Part shown: one piece after another, positions 35,601 through 45,153 of the stretch
How positions within the stretch are numbered: position 1 is the first letter of the stretch
Layout of the letters: the number at the start of each line of letters is the position of its first letter
From: an uncultured cyanobacterium
GTDB taxonomy: Bacteria > Cyanobacteriota > Cyanobacteriia > Cyanobacteriales > Cyanobacteriaceae
Assembly: GCA_963749915.1 (NCBI GenBank)
Contig: CAVVOP010000017.1
Location: forward strand, 60,538-124,537
Length of the DNA: 64,000 nucleotides
Reading direction: 5' to 3'
Position numbers and translations under genes: made by a program
The notes under the pieces: generated by a model
The model's input: only the letters and a program-made list of their open reading frames with translations
Told to the model about the DNA's origin: nothing
Database searches by the model: none

Positions 35601-36870
35601 CCTTGCTGTTATTCTTACCCGTGCTAATCAGGGGGCAACTTTAATTATCGCACCGACTTCCGTCTGTTTTAATTGGCAAAATGAAGCGGAAAAATTTGCT
35701 CCTACCCTTAACCCGATTATGTTTGCTACGGGGGATCGCCAAGCTATTCTAGATCAACTGCAACCCTTTGATTTATTAATCTGTAGTTACGGTTTACTGC
35801 AACAGGAAGAAGTCGCCGAGATGTTGGCACAAGTGCAATGGCAAACCATCGTTTTAGATGAAGCTCAAGCCATTAAAAATATTGCCACCAAACGCTCTCA
35901 AGGGGCGATGAAACTGCAAGGAGAGTTCAAACTAATTACCACAGGTACACCTATCGAAAATCACTTAGGAGAATTGTGGAACCTGTTCCGTTTTATTAAT
36001 CCGGGGTTATTGGGTTCAATGGAGCGATTTAATCAGCGTTTCGCTCAAGCAATCGAGAAAAATAAGGATAAACAAGCCCGTCAACAGTTGAAAAAGTTAA
36101 TTCAACCCTTTTTACTACGGCGAACTAAAAATCAGGTGTTAACAGAACTACCATCTCGTACTGAGATCACCTTACAAGTGGAGTTGAGTAAAGAAGAAAC
36201 CGCCTTATATGAAGCCTTAAGACGAGATGCGATCGCCAAATTAAATGACACCGACACGGATACAGGACACAAACATTTACAGGTTTTGGCGGAAATTATG
36301 CGGTTAAGACGAGCTTGTTGCAATCCCAATCTGGTCATGGCTGATAGCTCTTTAAAAAGTGCCAAATTAGAAGTATTTGCGGAAGTTTTGACTGAATTAT
36401 TAGAAAACCGTCATAAGGCTCTAGTTTTTAGTCAGTTTGTCGATCATTTACAAATTATCAAAGATTATTTTGATCAACAAAAAATATCTTATCAATATCT
36501 CGATGGTAGTACCCCAGTAAAAGAACGACAAAAACGAGTCACTGCCTTTCAATCAGGAGAGGGAGACGTATTTTTAATTAGTTTAAAAGCAGGGGGTACA
36601 GGACTTAATTTGACGGCGGCTGACTATGTTATTCACATGGATCCTTGGTGGAATCCGGCGGTGGAAGATCAGGCTTCAGATCGGGCACATCGTATTGGGC
36701 AAAAACGTCCAGTAACTATCTATCGTCTTGTTGCTAAAAACACCATCGAGGAAAAAATTGTTGAGCTACACGCCCACAAACGAGATTTAGCCGATAGTTT
36801 ACTAGAAGGAAACGATCTCAGTGGGAAGATTTCTACGGCAGAATTACTTAGTCTTATTCATGAAACTTAG
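32650..36870 (+). CDS. SNF2/SWI2-family helicase with long N-terminal extension
   Basis: LADDMGLGKT, VLDEAQ, TGTPIEN, ISLKAGGTGLNL and DRAHRIGQ motifs. Confidence 0.93.
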   Translation: MLNSYTNPDKIRNQLIKIYQELPPKERQMVQLFSVIYEPVSRTSFMSCLGYAGIRDDNGKAFISKTLKPYIDRLLDLGVIIQQQGESPQCHPLLAEIATRDAIKEGNFENFARISEKQLPSKSHYTIYRNQNPAYFLRGLRFGIYRRKLNSVFEEYDRYYQYNYGKPRLSWDDVLLQIFDNPLDGDWLCSQPLELYQNAISAILSRSEEKLIPIDDAFNLLYEQCFNKKVSASDYLLFLLSQQLCFRGNWQKLEDCLKEISSDNQINVPIFWGWFYFITAQNEKAIATYTQAHKDIQKATRKKKIYFNSISGIFFILALIKEGSNKCLQQAKDYATMIANDDDHWLQEIYIRLKRVIAVQLGDISQKNLIISERIPNYTVGKNRALTTLFSCLCLYWVDEKKAKETLPKILLSLFTDAQNAGYYWIAREAGILLTKLKPHEKLEMKPEVWKLSRDLGIQSLAEIIQPQEEWQLSLKALIELQPKKTESPSTLREKRLAWFINLYSSSNWTVQPKEQAVNSKGEWTKGRAIALKRLKNSQDEFNYLTPQDLKACSQIETSYSGYYGGTEYQFKPKVICELIGHPLVFWGSTPNIKIEVIKGEPQLQVHKTKDGKITLNFVPTVKADQDILVMQETPTCIKVIAIQPEHRRITEILGKQNKLTIPAKAEKMVLSAINSVSQLVTIHSDIGVGAEDTPEVPCHSLPHIHLLPAGEGLKVTILCRPFGENGPYYRPGNGGETVIAEIKGQRLQTKRDLQLEKKLAQEAIAKCPTLILYSDDLGEWLIENPEDCLELLLELQALGEEVIIEWPQGEKLKVTHRANFDNLRLQIKGQKDWFSVDGELQLDDSLVLELQQLLELLEKSPSRFVPMGEGQFLALTQEFRQRLEEFKAFSEKQGKGRRFHRFSSLALEEFIDEAGQVKADKQWKTHLQKLREMESLEPQIPSTLQAELRDYQIEGFNWLARLSHWGVGACLADDMGLGKTLQALAVILTRANQGATLIIAPTSVCFNWQNEAEKFAPTLNPIMFATGDRQAILDQLQPFDLLICSYGLLQQEEVAEMLAQVQWQTIVLDEAQAIKNIATKRSQGAMKLQGEFKLITTGTPIENHLGELWNLFRFINPGLLGSMERFNQRFAQAIEKNKDKQARQQLKKLIQPFLLRRTKNQVLTELPSRTEITLQVELSKEETALYEALRRDAIAKLNDTDTDTGHKHLQVLAEIMRLRRACCNPNLVMADSSLKSAKLEVFAEVLTELLENRHKALVFSQFVDHLQIIKDYFDQQKISYQYLDGSTPVKERQKRVTAFQSGEGDVFLISLKAGGTGLNLTAADYVIHMDPWWNPAVEDQASDRAHRIGQKRPVTIYRLVAKNTIEEKIVELHAHKRDLADSLLEGNDLSGKISTAELLSLIHET

Positions 36871-36935
36871 AAAATATTTTAACCCAAGTTTTGTCGAGAA
36901 GTTTTTTCTGGGGTCTGAGAACAGGCAATAGGCAA

Positions 36936-37676
36936 TTAAGAGTCGGATTTATGACATTTCTGATGACTAACACCGAGATATAACTCCGCTACCTGGGGAT
37001 TATTAAGTAAATCTTCTCCCTTACCCTCAATGGCATCTCTACCACTTTCCAACACATAACCACGATGTGCCATCATCAGGGCTTTTTTGGCATTTTGTTC
37101 CACCAAAACTATAGCCTTACCAGTGGCATTAATGGCTTTAATTTGTTCAAAAATATTATTAACTAAAATAGGGGAGAGTGCCGCCGATGGTTCATCTAGT
37201 AACAACAAATCAGGATCTAGCATTAAAGCTCTACTCATGGCTAACATTTGTCTTTCACCACCAGATAATGTCCCCGCACTTTGTTTTGCCCTTTCTTTCA
37301 ACTTCGGGAACATCGTATATATTAGTTCTTTTTGCCTTTTTGTTGAACCAGATAAAGTATAAGCGCCCATTTCTAAATTTTCCTCGATGGTGAGACTGGG
37401 AAAAACATTGACAATCTGAGGAACATAAGACATCCCCCGCTTAACAATCTCATTAGGTTTTAATCCAGCAATATTTTCCCCTTTAAAGATAATTTTGCCC
37501 TGATTGGGCGACAATAAACCGAAAATTGTCTTGGCAAGGGTAGATTTTCCCGCACCATTAGGACCTATTACCGCAACTAACTCATGGGCTTCAATACTAA
37601 AATTTATGCCCTGCAAGATATTCAAATCCTTGATATAACCAGCATAAACATTTTCAACTTCTAGCAAATGGCTCAT
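36936..37676 (-). CDS. Branched-chain/neutral amino acid ABC transporter ATP-binding protein (LivF/NatE-like)
   Basis: GPNGAGKST, LSGGERQMLAM, LLLDEPS and LVEQNA motifs. Confidence 0.9.
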   Translation of the reverse strand: MSHLLEVENVYAGYIKDLNILQGINFSIEAHELVAVIGPNGAGKSTLAKTIFGLLSPNQGKIIFKGENIAGLKPNEIVKRGMSYVPQIVNVFPSLTIEENLEMGAYTLSGSTKRQKELIYTMFPKLKERAKQSAGTLSGGERQMLAMSRALMLDPDLLLLDEPSAALSPILVNNIFEQIKAINATGKAIVLVEQNAKKALMMAHRGYVLESGRDAIEGKGEDLLNNPQVAELYLGVSHQKCHKSDS

Positions 37677-37803
37677 AACAATTAACAATTAATATAATAA
37701 TTTTCTCCTCGTCTTATAATGCTCTAATATGCCATTTTCCCGGTCTTCTAGTCTCCCTGATGTTTTCTTCCTTTCTCCAACGAAAAACTTGTAGAAGAAT
37801 CAA

Positions 37804-38031
37804 CTAAACAGGGTTTTTTTGCAATTCGGGACGTTCTTCTGGTAAGATAGCACCTTCAACGGGGCATACTTGGAGACAAATTCCGCAATCAATACAAGTA
37901 TCAAAATCAATCCAATACCAATCAGTGCCTTTTATGTTTTTACTAGGACCTTCATGAATACAAGCAACAGGACAAGCTGAAACACAGTCTGCTATTCCTT
38001 CACAAACATCAGTTACGATAGTATGTGGCAC
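37804..38031 (-). CDS. Bacterial-type dicluster Fe-S ferredoxin
   Basis: CEGIADCVSACPVACI and CIDCGICLQVCP motifs. Confidence 0.92.
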   Translation of the reverse strand: MPHTIVTDVCEGIADCVSACPVACIHEGPSKNIKGTDWYWIDFDTCIDCGICLQVCPVEGAILPEERPELQKNPV

Positions 38032-38178
38032 TTTTGTTAACTCCTCTTTAATATATTTTAATGCCCAAACTATTATAGTTTAAGGGATTATCCTTTCGCA
38101 ATGAATCAGGAAAAATGAAAAATTAATTTTGATTCTAAGCATAAAATTTCCAATATAGTAATTGTCAATTAATAAACA

Positions 38179-38775
38179 ATGTCTTATTCTCATTATTCGC
38201 CAAAAAAAGGAAATAATCAGCAGCTAAGTTTATTTGAGTCGGCGGCAGTTTACCAGGTAAAAAAACCGAATTTAAAACCCGATTTTGTTATGAGTAAAGA
38301 TTTTTTGGAAAGTTGGAAAAATAATATTTATAATTATCAACAAAGCCGCCGTCATAATTTATCTCAACAAATTAATTTTATTGCTGATAATAATATTTTG
38401 TCTGATGTAGATTTATTTGATCCTTTTATAATTAAAACCCATCCTGATCAATTTTTTGATTTGCCACAATATAATCTTAGTGAAAGTTGTCTTTATTTCA
38501 TTTTGGATACCTGCACTGATTTACTTTTATATGTGGGTGAAACTAAGTTATCCCCTCACCAAAGATGGGTTAATCATGACTGTAAAAGTTATATTCAAAA
38601 TTATATCGAATTGCACCGCAAATATAACTTAAATTTGATGATAAGAAGTGCTTTTTGGTGGGGTATTCCTAAGGAGAGAAAGTTACGTCAAACCATCGAA
38701 AAAAACTTAATTCTTAAGTGGCGATCGCCTTTTAATAAAGAATCATGGCAATATTGGGGACAACCTTTTAAATAA
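38179..38775 (+). CDS. GIY-YIG nuclease family protein
   Basis: CLYFILD...LLYVGET, R-W...HDCK and E...LI.KWRSPFNKE; conserved cyanobacterial type. Confidence 0.75.
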   Translation: MSYSHYSPKKGNNQQLSLFESAAVYQVKKPNLKPDFVMSKDFLESWKNNIYNYQQSRRHNLSQQINFIADNNILSDVDLFDPFIIKTHPDQFFDLPQYNLSESCLYFILDTCTDLLLYVGETKLSPHQRWVNHDCKSYIQNYIELHRKYNLNLMIRSAFWWGIPKERKLRQTIEKNLILKWRSPFNKESWQYWGQPFK

Positions 38776-38785
38776 GTTTTTGTGA

Positions 38786-38899
38786 GCATTTGAGGAAAAG
38801 TATCGTCAAAAAACCCTCTCCTATCCTAAGAAAAAGGCTACTGCACTTGGTTTTGACCTTGTTTCTCATTCTTCTGCTAGGGAATCTGTTTCTTGAAAG
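38786..38899 (+). pseudogene. 3' remnant of an IS110-family transposase
   Basis: Reads AFEEKYRQKTLSYPKKKATALGFDLVSHSSARESVS*, resembling the C-terminal tail of cyanobacterial IS110 transposases. No upstream portion is present. Confidence 0.55.
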
Positions 38900-38913
38900 T
38901 TCAGCATCATTCA

Positions 38914-39273
38914 TTAGCGATTGCTTTTTTTTCCCGCTTCCCCAACCCCTAGATACGCCCTGCGCCAAGAAGACAGATTATTTCTCACATTTTCATAGAC
39001 TTGCCTTTCTTCAGGGGTAACGGCAGTTTGTTTCAGATAATTGTCAATAATATTAATACATTTATTTAACCCCGTCATATCAATAGTATCACCTTCTTTA
39101 AAGATTAATAAATTTCTAGCGTTATGATCTCCCGAACGGGAACGAATATAATAGTAACGACAACGGTTAACTTGTATCCCTAATGATTGTGTTTCTTGAC
39201 TATAAGTTTTTATCGGCAATGACACGCTAATTATCATCATTATGATAGTTACAGAATTTTTTAATATATTCAA
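38914..39273 (-). CDS. Hypothetical exported protein
   Basis: 119 aa with an N-terminal signal-peptide-like segment and two Cys; lies directly downstream of the alpha-mannosidase gene. Confidence 0.55.
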   Translation of the reverse strand: MNILKNSVTIIMMIISVSLPIKTYSQETQSLGIQVNRCRYYYIRSRSGDHNARNLLIFKEGDTIDMTGLNKCINIIDNYLKQTAVTPEERQVYENVRNNLSSWRRAYLGVGEAGKKSNR

Positions 39274-39284
39274 TTATTAGTACC

Positions 39285-42200
39285 TCAAAAAATAAAACTA
39301 AAAATTTGGTAAGGTTTAATCAAAAGATCTTGATTGTTAATCTTATCTTCTAATAAATTAACTCTGGTTTTTAACGGCAAATCTAAGAGACGTTTTAACG
39401 ATAAATCAACGGATTCTCCATGACACTCATAACCACGCAAGAGGACATTATTGGAGTTATCTTCCGTTAATTTTAACGCCATTAATATTAAATTTTCTGC
39501 TTCTATCTTAATTAATTCTGCGGTAGAGGGTAAAACCGATAATTGTGATTGATTATTACCTAAAAATAAAACTTGTAACGGCGTATTAAATTCATACCCT
39601 TTTCTCACAGTATTAGCTTTTTTCCAGTTATTTTTATGGGGATATAAACTATAACTAAATTCGTGATAACCTTGATCGCATTTTTCATCAGGCCATTTCG
39701 GACTACGCAATAAAGTTAAACGTAACTGATTGGGTTTACTATCATAGCCATATTTACAATCATTAAGCAAACTTACCCCATAATTCTTATTAGTTAAATC
39801 TGCCCAATGATGCCCATATACTTCCCATTGTGCTTTTTCTGCTTTGGTTTTAGGCTTTGTTGTCCGTTGAATATTACCACAGGCGATGTCATAGGTAACA
39901 AAATCACTCTCTATATTTAGGGAAAAATTTACCTTTAATAAAGTATAGTCTTCTTGCCAATGAATTTGATTTTTTATAATCACAATAGGTGAATTAAAGT
40001 TTAAGATATAATCTTGTATAAACTGCGATCGATTAAAAGTTTTTTCGATTCTTATTATCTGTCTTAATTTTCCTTTTTCCAACCACTGAATTGAGGTTAA
40101 AGTTGGATTTTCTAGCCTATGTTGTTCATAATTTGGATCAATATTCCAAGCATCCCAATATTGCCCTTTATCCTCAAATAACTGTAACTCATTGCCATAA
40201 CCATTTAAAACTTCTTGGTTATTGATTTTGTCATAAACGCTGATTAAATTGCCTGTATTTTTATCAACGACAACCTGTAAATACTCATTTTCTAAAATAA
40301 ACTCTGGGATGATATGATCATTCTCAGATAAAGCTTTTTTTGTTAATAATTTTTCATGGAGGGAATTCAAGCCTCTTTTTAAGTTCTTATGGGGGATAAT
40401 ATAAAATGATTTATAGCCTATACTGGGGATATTTTCTGCTAAAAATAATAGCTTACCTTCGTGAGAAATTTGAGTTTTTAACTGGTTTCCTTCCCCGTCA
40501 AAAATACTATAGGGTAGTCTTGTTTCCTCTATAATCTCCCCGAAAGAAAACTCCTCCTTTACTAAGGGGAGTTGTGGGGGATCTAACATCATCAATGATG
40601 TAGAATGACTATAGTTATCCCCTTTGATCTCGACTTCAACAGTTTCTGAACGTTGCCAATTTAAAGCATTAAAAATTACTATTATTTGACTCTCTTTTTC
40701 TTTGACATTTTCAAAATTTATATAAGATGCGATCGCCTTTAAAGATTCTTGCAAAATTTGTTGAGCATCCTTAATAATTTCTTGCCAAATCTGATGTATT
40801 TCCGTGAAAACTGAAGGAATAGAAGTTCCTGGTAAAATATCATGGAATTGATTTAATAAAAGTTTTTGCCAAATTTGTTTAATTTTTTCTTGATTATTAC
40901 TATAAATATCAAAATGTAAATCAAATTTTTGAGCTAAAATTATAGCAATAGTAGAGAATAATTCAGCTTGATATAATAATTTTTCTGAATAACGATTAAA
41001 ATATTTTTGCTCTCCGTGAGTGGTGTAACAACCCCGATGTAATTCTAAATAAAGTTCACTATTCCACACGGGGAAATTTTGAGGAGAAATAACGCTAATT
41101 TTATCTAAATATTCTTGAGCAGTAGTAAAATGTAGCTTGGGAAAAAAAGGCGATCGCTGATAACGTTTTCCGGTCTCTAACATATCACGAGTGGGACCTC
41201 CTCCATGATCTCCCACTCCGGGCAGCCAAAAAATATCTTTTAACCCTGTTTGACTTTCCCAATCAACACTATACTTAGTCATGGTAATAGGGTTTGTATC
41301 CATCACCCCCGCGATGTTGGGGGGAGACATCACCGAAAAAATACGACTACCATCCGGAGATTGCCACCAAAAACAACCATGAGCAAATTTAGTGGTATCA
41401 TTCCAATGCAATTTACCAGTAACAAAGTAATTAATTTCAGCTTGTTGTAAAACTTGCGGTAACTGCCACGGAAAACCAAAAGTATCTGGTAACCATGCTA
41501 CGGTGTTATATTTACCAAACTTTTCTAAGAAATATTTTTGCCCATATAATAATTGTCTAACAAGAGATTCTCCACTAATTAAATTTACTTCAGGCTCAAC
41601 CCACATTCCTCCCAATATTTCCCATTTATTATTATTAACCGCTCGTTGAATTTTAGCAAATAATGGGGGATTATGGAATTCTATCCATTCATATAGATAA
41701 GCCGTTGTATGTCCGAAAGTCAAGTAAGGATAATTTTTTTGTAAGTTTAAAACCGAATTAAAAGTACGTTGAGCAACCCGGTAAGTTTCCTCAAAAGTCC
41801 ACAACCAAGCCATATCCAAATGAGCATGACCAAGGGCATAAAAGTTACGTTCTTTAATACAGTTAGATAGAGGCAAAAGACTATTTCTTAAATTAGCTAA
41901 TTCTTGTTTAAACAAAGACTGATTATTAACAATATGCCAATTAATTTTGTTAACTTTTTCCTCTAAAATTTTTTTTTTTAGGGTAAAACTTATTAATATA
42001 CTTATCTAAAATAGTTAACTCATTAGCGACAAAACTGGGGTCAATATCATCATAATGACTTTCATAAAGACATTTAGAAGCCATTAAACCACCAATGTCA
42101 TGACTAGGGCTAACTAATCTTAAACTAATCAAAATTTCTTGGTTAATATTTGCTTTTTTCGCCAACAAAATGCGGCTAGAAGAATCAAATAAATCCCCTT

Positions 42201-42513
42201 CACAAACTAACTCATCCTTAAGGAAAATTCGAGCAGATTCTGCCCACCATGTTAGGGCGACCCTTAAACTTAAACCTTCTAATGGATAATCATTATTTAA
42301 ACTTTTAGGGATGACAATTTTTTGAGCGAACCATCTTATTTTGTTCCCTTTTTCCCATAGTAAATAATTTTGATCATTAACCGTTGCTTTTTGCCAATTT
42401 TCTTCTATAGTTAAAGGAGGATTATCTAAATTTTGATCAAGAAAAAACCAATTATTTTGTATCTCTAATTCTGTTAATTTTCTGAGATTTATAATAGTTG
42501 TTTGTACGCTCAT
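39285..42513 (-). pseudogene. Alpha-mannosidase (GH38), split by a frameshift in an A11 tract
   Basis: GHAHLDMAWLW, WLPDTFG, GDHGGGPT, ELYLELHRG and QFHDILPG motifs. ORFs 41950-42513 and 39285-41915 join if the T11 run at 41969-41979 is shortened by one base. Confidence 0.88.
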
Positions 42514-42752
42514 AATAATAAGATTAGATAATTAGTAATTGATAGGGTGAGACCCATTGACAATACTTATTTAATCATATGCAGAAAAAACTCGCAGGTA
42601 GATTAATTACCGACCATTACCCATTCTCTCTTACCGATCTTCACCAATAACTTAAATACCAAGTAGATTATCAATTATCAATTGTGGACTATACTAAAGT
42701 CTATAAGTTTTTACACTTACCTTTTTATATAATTTAGCTAGTTATTGAGCCA

Positions 42753-45125
42753 ATGATTCCGATTCTTAGCAGTGCTTTGATTGCCACCAATGCCCATAAT
42801 TTGTCAGTATCTGAAGTAATGGGGATTGATCCTAGTCAATCATATCTCATAATAGCTGAAGAAAATATAATTTCTGCGGATAGTAAATTTTCAAGTATTA
42901 TTCCTTCTACTAATTCTCAATCTTCTACTTTACTTTCTCAAGCAAAATTACCCCCAGAAAATCTCGAATTTACTCCTATTCCTATACCCATCGAAAACCC
43001 TCCAAAACTCAGCGCCAATGAGTTAGGAAAACCTTTAAGTTTAACCAGCAATCAACCAACCTATGAGTTTATGGTAGAGGAAAAATCTTCTTTAAAATTT
43101 AATGTTAGCAAAAGGTTAATTATTACTTCTCGTCAAGGGGATTCTCATCAGTTTGATTTTAGTTTTAATTCTTCTTCTTTTGAAATAGTCCAAGAGACGC
43201 AAGATACTACTGAAATTAACACCAATAGCCTTAATGTAGTGGAAATTTTAGCCGATGAGCAGGAATATTTAGATCGACAACAAATTGTTAAAGCGAAGGG
43301 AAATGTGGTTATTCGTTTCTCTAATGGCATTCTAATCGCTGACCAAGTTTTAGTCAATTTAGTTGATCGCATTGCCGTTGCGGAAGGAAATGTTACTCTA
43401 AAAAGAGGGGATCAATCCCTGAGAGGCGATCGCTTTGAGTATTACTTTGTGCAAGATAGGGGAGTTATATTCAATGCCAATGGGGAAATTTATCAACCAA
43501 GTCTCACTCGAGATTTTCGAGGAGAGACAGCTAACAATCCCCTACCGCAACAACCCTTAAGTTGGCAATTTGAAACTAATCAACCCCTTAGAAGAGTCGT
43601 TTCCACCGAAGGTTTTGGTTTTGCCGTTGGCAGTATTAGAGAATATTCCTTAGTAGGAAAGGGTGGAAGTCCAGCTACAATGGGTGGACAAGTTAACCGT
43701 TTTCGTTTTCAAGCGGAAAAAGTAGATTTTGAAAGTGATAGTTGGCATGCCACGAATATTCGTATTACTAATGATCCTTTTTCTCCTCCAGAATTTGAAA
43801 TTAGGGCAGATACCGCTGATTTAAGGAATATATCACCATTTCAAGACGAATTGAGGACTACTAATTCTCGTTTAGTGTTTGATCAACGTTTATCTATCCC
43901 TTTGTTTCAAGATCGTTTAGTTTTCGATCGCCGTAATCGCAGGCCTGGTCTATTTTCCATCGGTTTTGATGGGGAGGATTTAGGGGGTTTATTTATTGAA
44001 CGAGATTTTGAAATTTATAGTAATGAAAAAACTATTTTTACCCTTACCCCTCAAATCCTATTACAAAGGGCTTTTTTCCCCGATTCTTTCTTTGATCAAA
44101 ATGCCATTAATCCCGATGATGACGGTGGTTTATTAAATCCTTCTAGTTATGCTTTAGTGGCGAGATTTGCGACAGAGTTTAGCGATCGCACAAATTTAAG
44201 TGCCGTTACCCACCTTACGGGGTTAGACTTAGATAATATCAGTAATCGTCTTCGGGCCAGCATACAATTAAACCAAAAAATAGGAGATTTGAAGGCCGCC
44301 CATAACTTGGGCTTACAATATAACTACAGAGATAGACTCTTTAACGGTTCATTAGGATTTCAAACCGTACAACAGAGTTACGGATTAGTGGTCACATCTC
44401 CCTATAATCGAATCGGTGAATCAGGCTTCGGTTTCGTATATCAAGGATCAATCCAAAATGTTACTTCCGAAACCGATAGACAAGAATTATTAGGCAACAA
44501 TTCCGAAGATAACCTCGCCAACTTAACCCGTTTCCAAGGTGCAGGTATCTTAAACGGGAATGTTTTATTATGGAGTGGGCAAGCCTTACCAGCCACTCCG
44601 GAGGAAGGCTTGAAATATACATCTACCCCCGTCGCACCTTATTTAAGTTTGAATAGTGGATTAACGGGAGTTGTTAGTTATTACAGTAACGGTGACGGCC
44701 AACCCGTTCTTACCGCTACATTAGGCTTACAAGGACAATTTGGACATTTTTCTAATGCCTTTTTCGACTATACGGGGTTTAACGTCAGTTTTAGTCAAAG
44801 CATTACAGGGAGTTTATCCCCCTTCTTCTTCGATCGTGCCGCCGATGATCAAGTGCTGTCATTAGGAATAACTCAACAATTATACGGACCTTTACGAGCC
44901 GGATTACAAAGTTTTATCAACGTCAAAACCAACGATGAAATTAGTACTGACTACTTTTTAGAATATAGCCGTCGTACCTACAATATCATTATACGTTATA
45001 ACCCCGTCTTAGAAATCGGGTCAGTCAACTTGCGCATCAGCGACTTCAACTGGGATGGCAATGCCACACCCTTTGAAGGTACAGGGATTCGCCCGGTTGT
45101 CGATGGAGTCACTATAGGTAATTAA
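42753..45125 (+). CDS. LptD/OstA-like outer-membrane protein (DUF3769 family)
   Basis: OstA-like N-domain (ADEQEY, AKGNVVIRF, AEGNVTL), RITNDPFSPPE and a beta-strand-rich C-terminus ending LRISDFNW. Confidence 0.8.
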   Translation: MIPILSSALIATNAHNLSVSEVMGIDPSQSYLIIAEENIISADSKFSSIIPSTNSQSSTLLSQAKLPPENLEFTPIPIPIENPPKLSANELGKPLSLTSNQPTYEFMVEEKSSLKFNVSKRLIITSRQGDSHQFDFSFNSSSFEIVQETQDTTEINTNSLNVVEILADEQEYLDRQQIVKAKGNVVIRFSNGILIADQVLVNLVDRIAVAEGNVTLKRGDQSLRGDRFEYYFVQDRGVIFNANGEIYQPSLTRDFRGETANNPLPQQPLSWQFETNQPLRRVVSTEGFGFAVGSIREYSLVGKGGSPATMGGQVNRFRFQAEKVDFESDSWHATNIRITNDPFSPPEFEIRADTADLRNISPFQDELRTTNSRLVFDQRLSIPLFQDRLVFDRRNRRPGLFSIGFDGEDLGGLFIERDFEIYSNEKTIFTLTPQILLQRAFFPDSFFDQNAINPDDDGGLLNPSSYALVARFATEFSDRTNLSAVTHLTGLDLDNISNRLRASIQLNQKIGDLKAAHNLGLQYNYRDRLFNGSLGFQTVQQSYGLVVTSPYNRIGESGFGFVYQGSIQNVTSETDRQELLGNNSEDNLANLTRFQGAGILNGNVLLWSGQALPATPEEGLKYTSTPVAPYLSLNSGLTGVVSYYSNGDGQPVLTATLGLQGQFGHFSNAFFDYTGFNVSFSQSITGSLSPFFFDRAADDQVLSLGITQQLYGPLRAGLQSFINVKTNDEISTDYFLEYSRRTYNIIIRYNPVLEIGSVNLRISDFNWDGNATPFEGTGIRPVVDGVTIGN

Positions 45126-45153
45126 CAATTAATAATTAACCATTAACCCTTGT

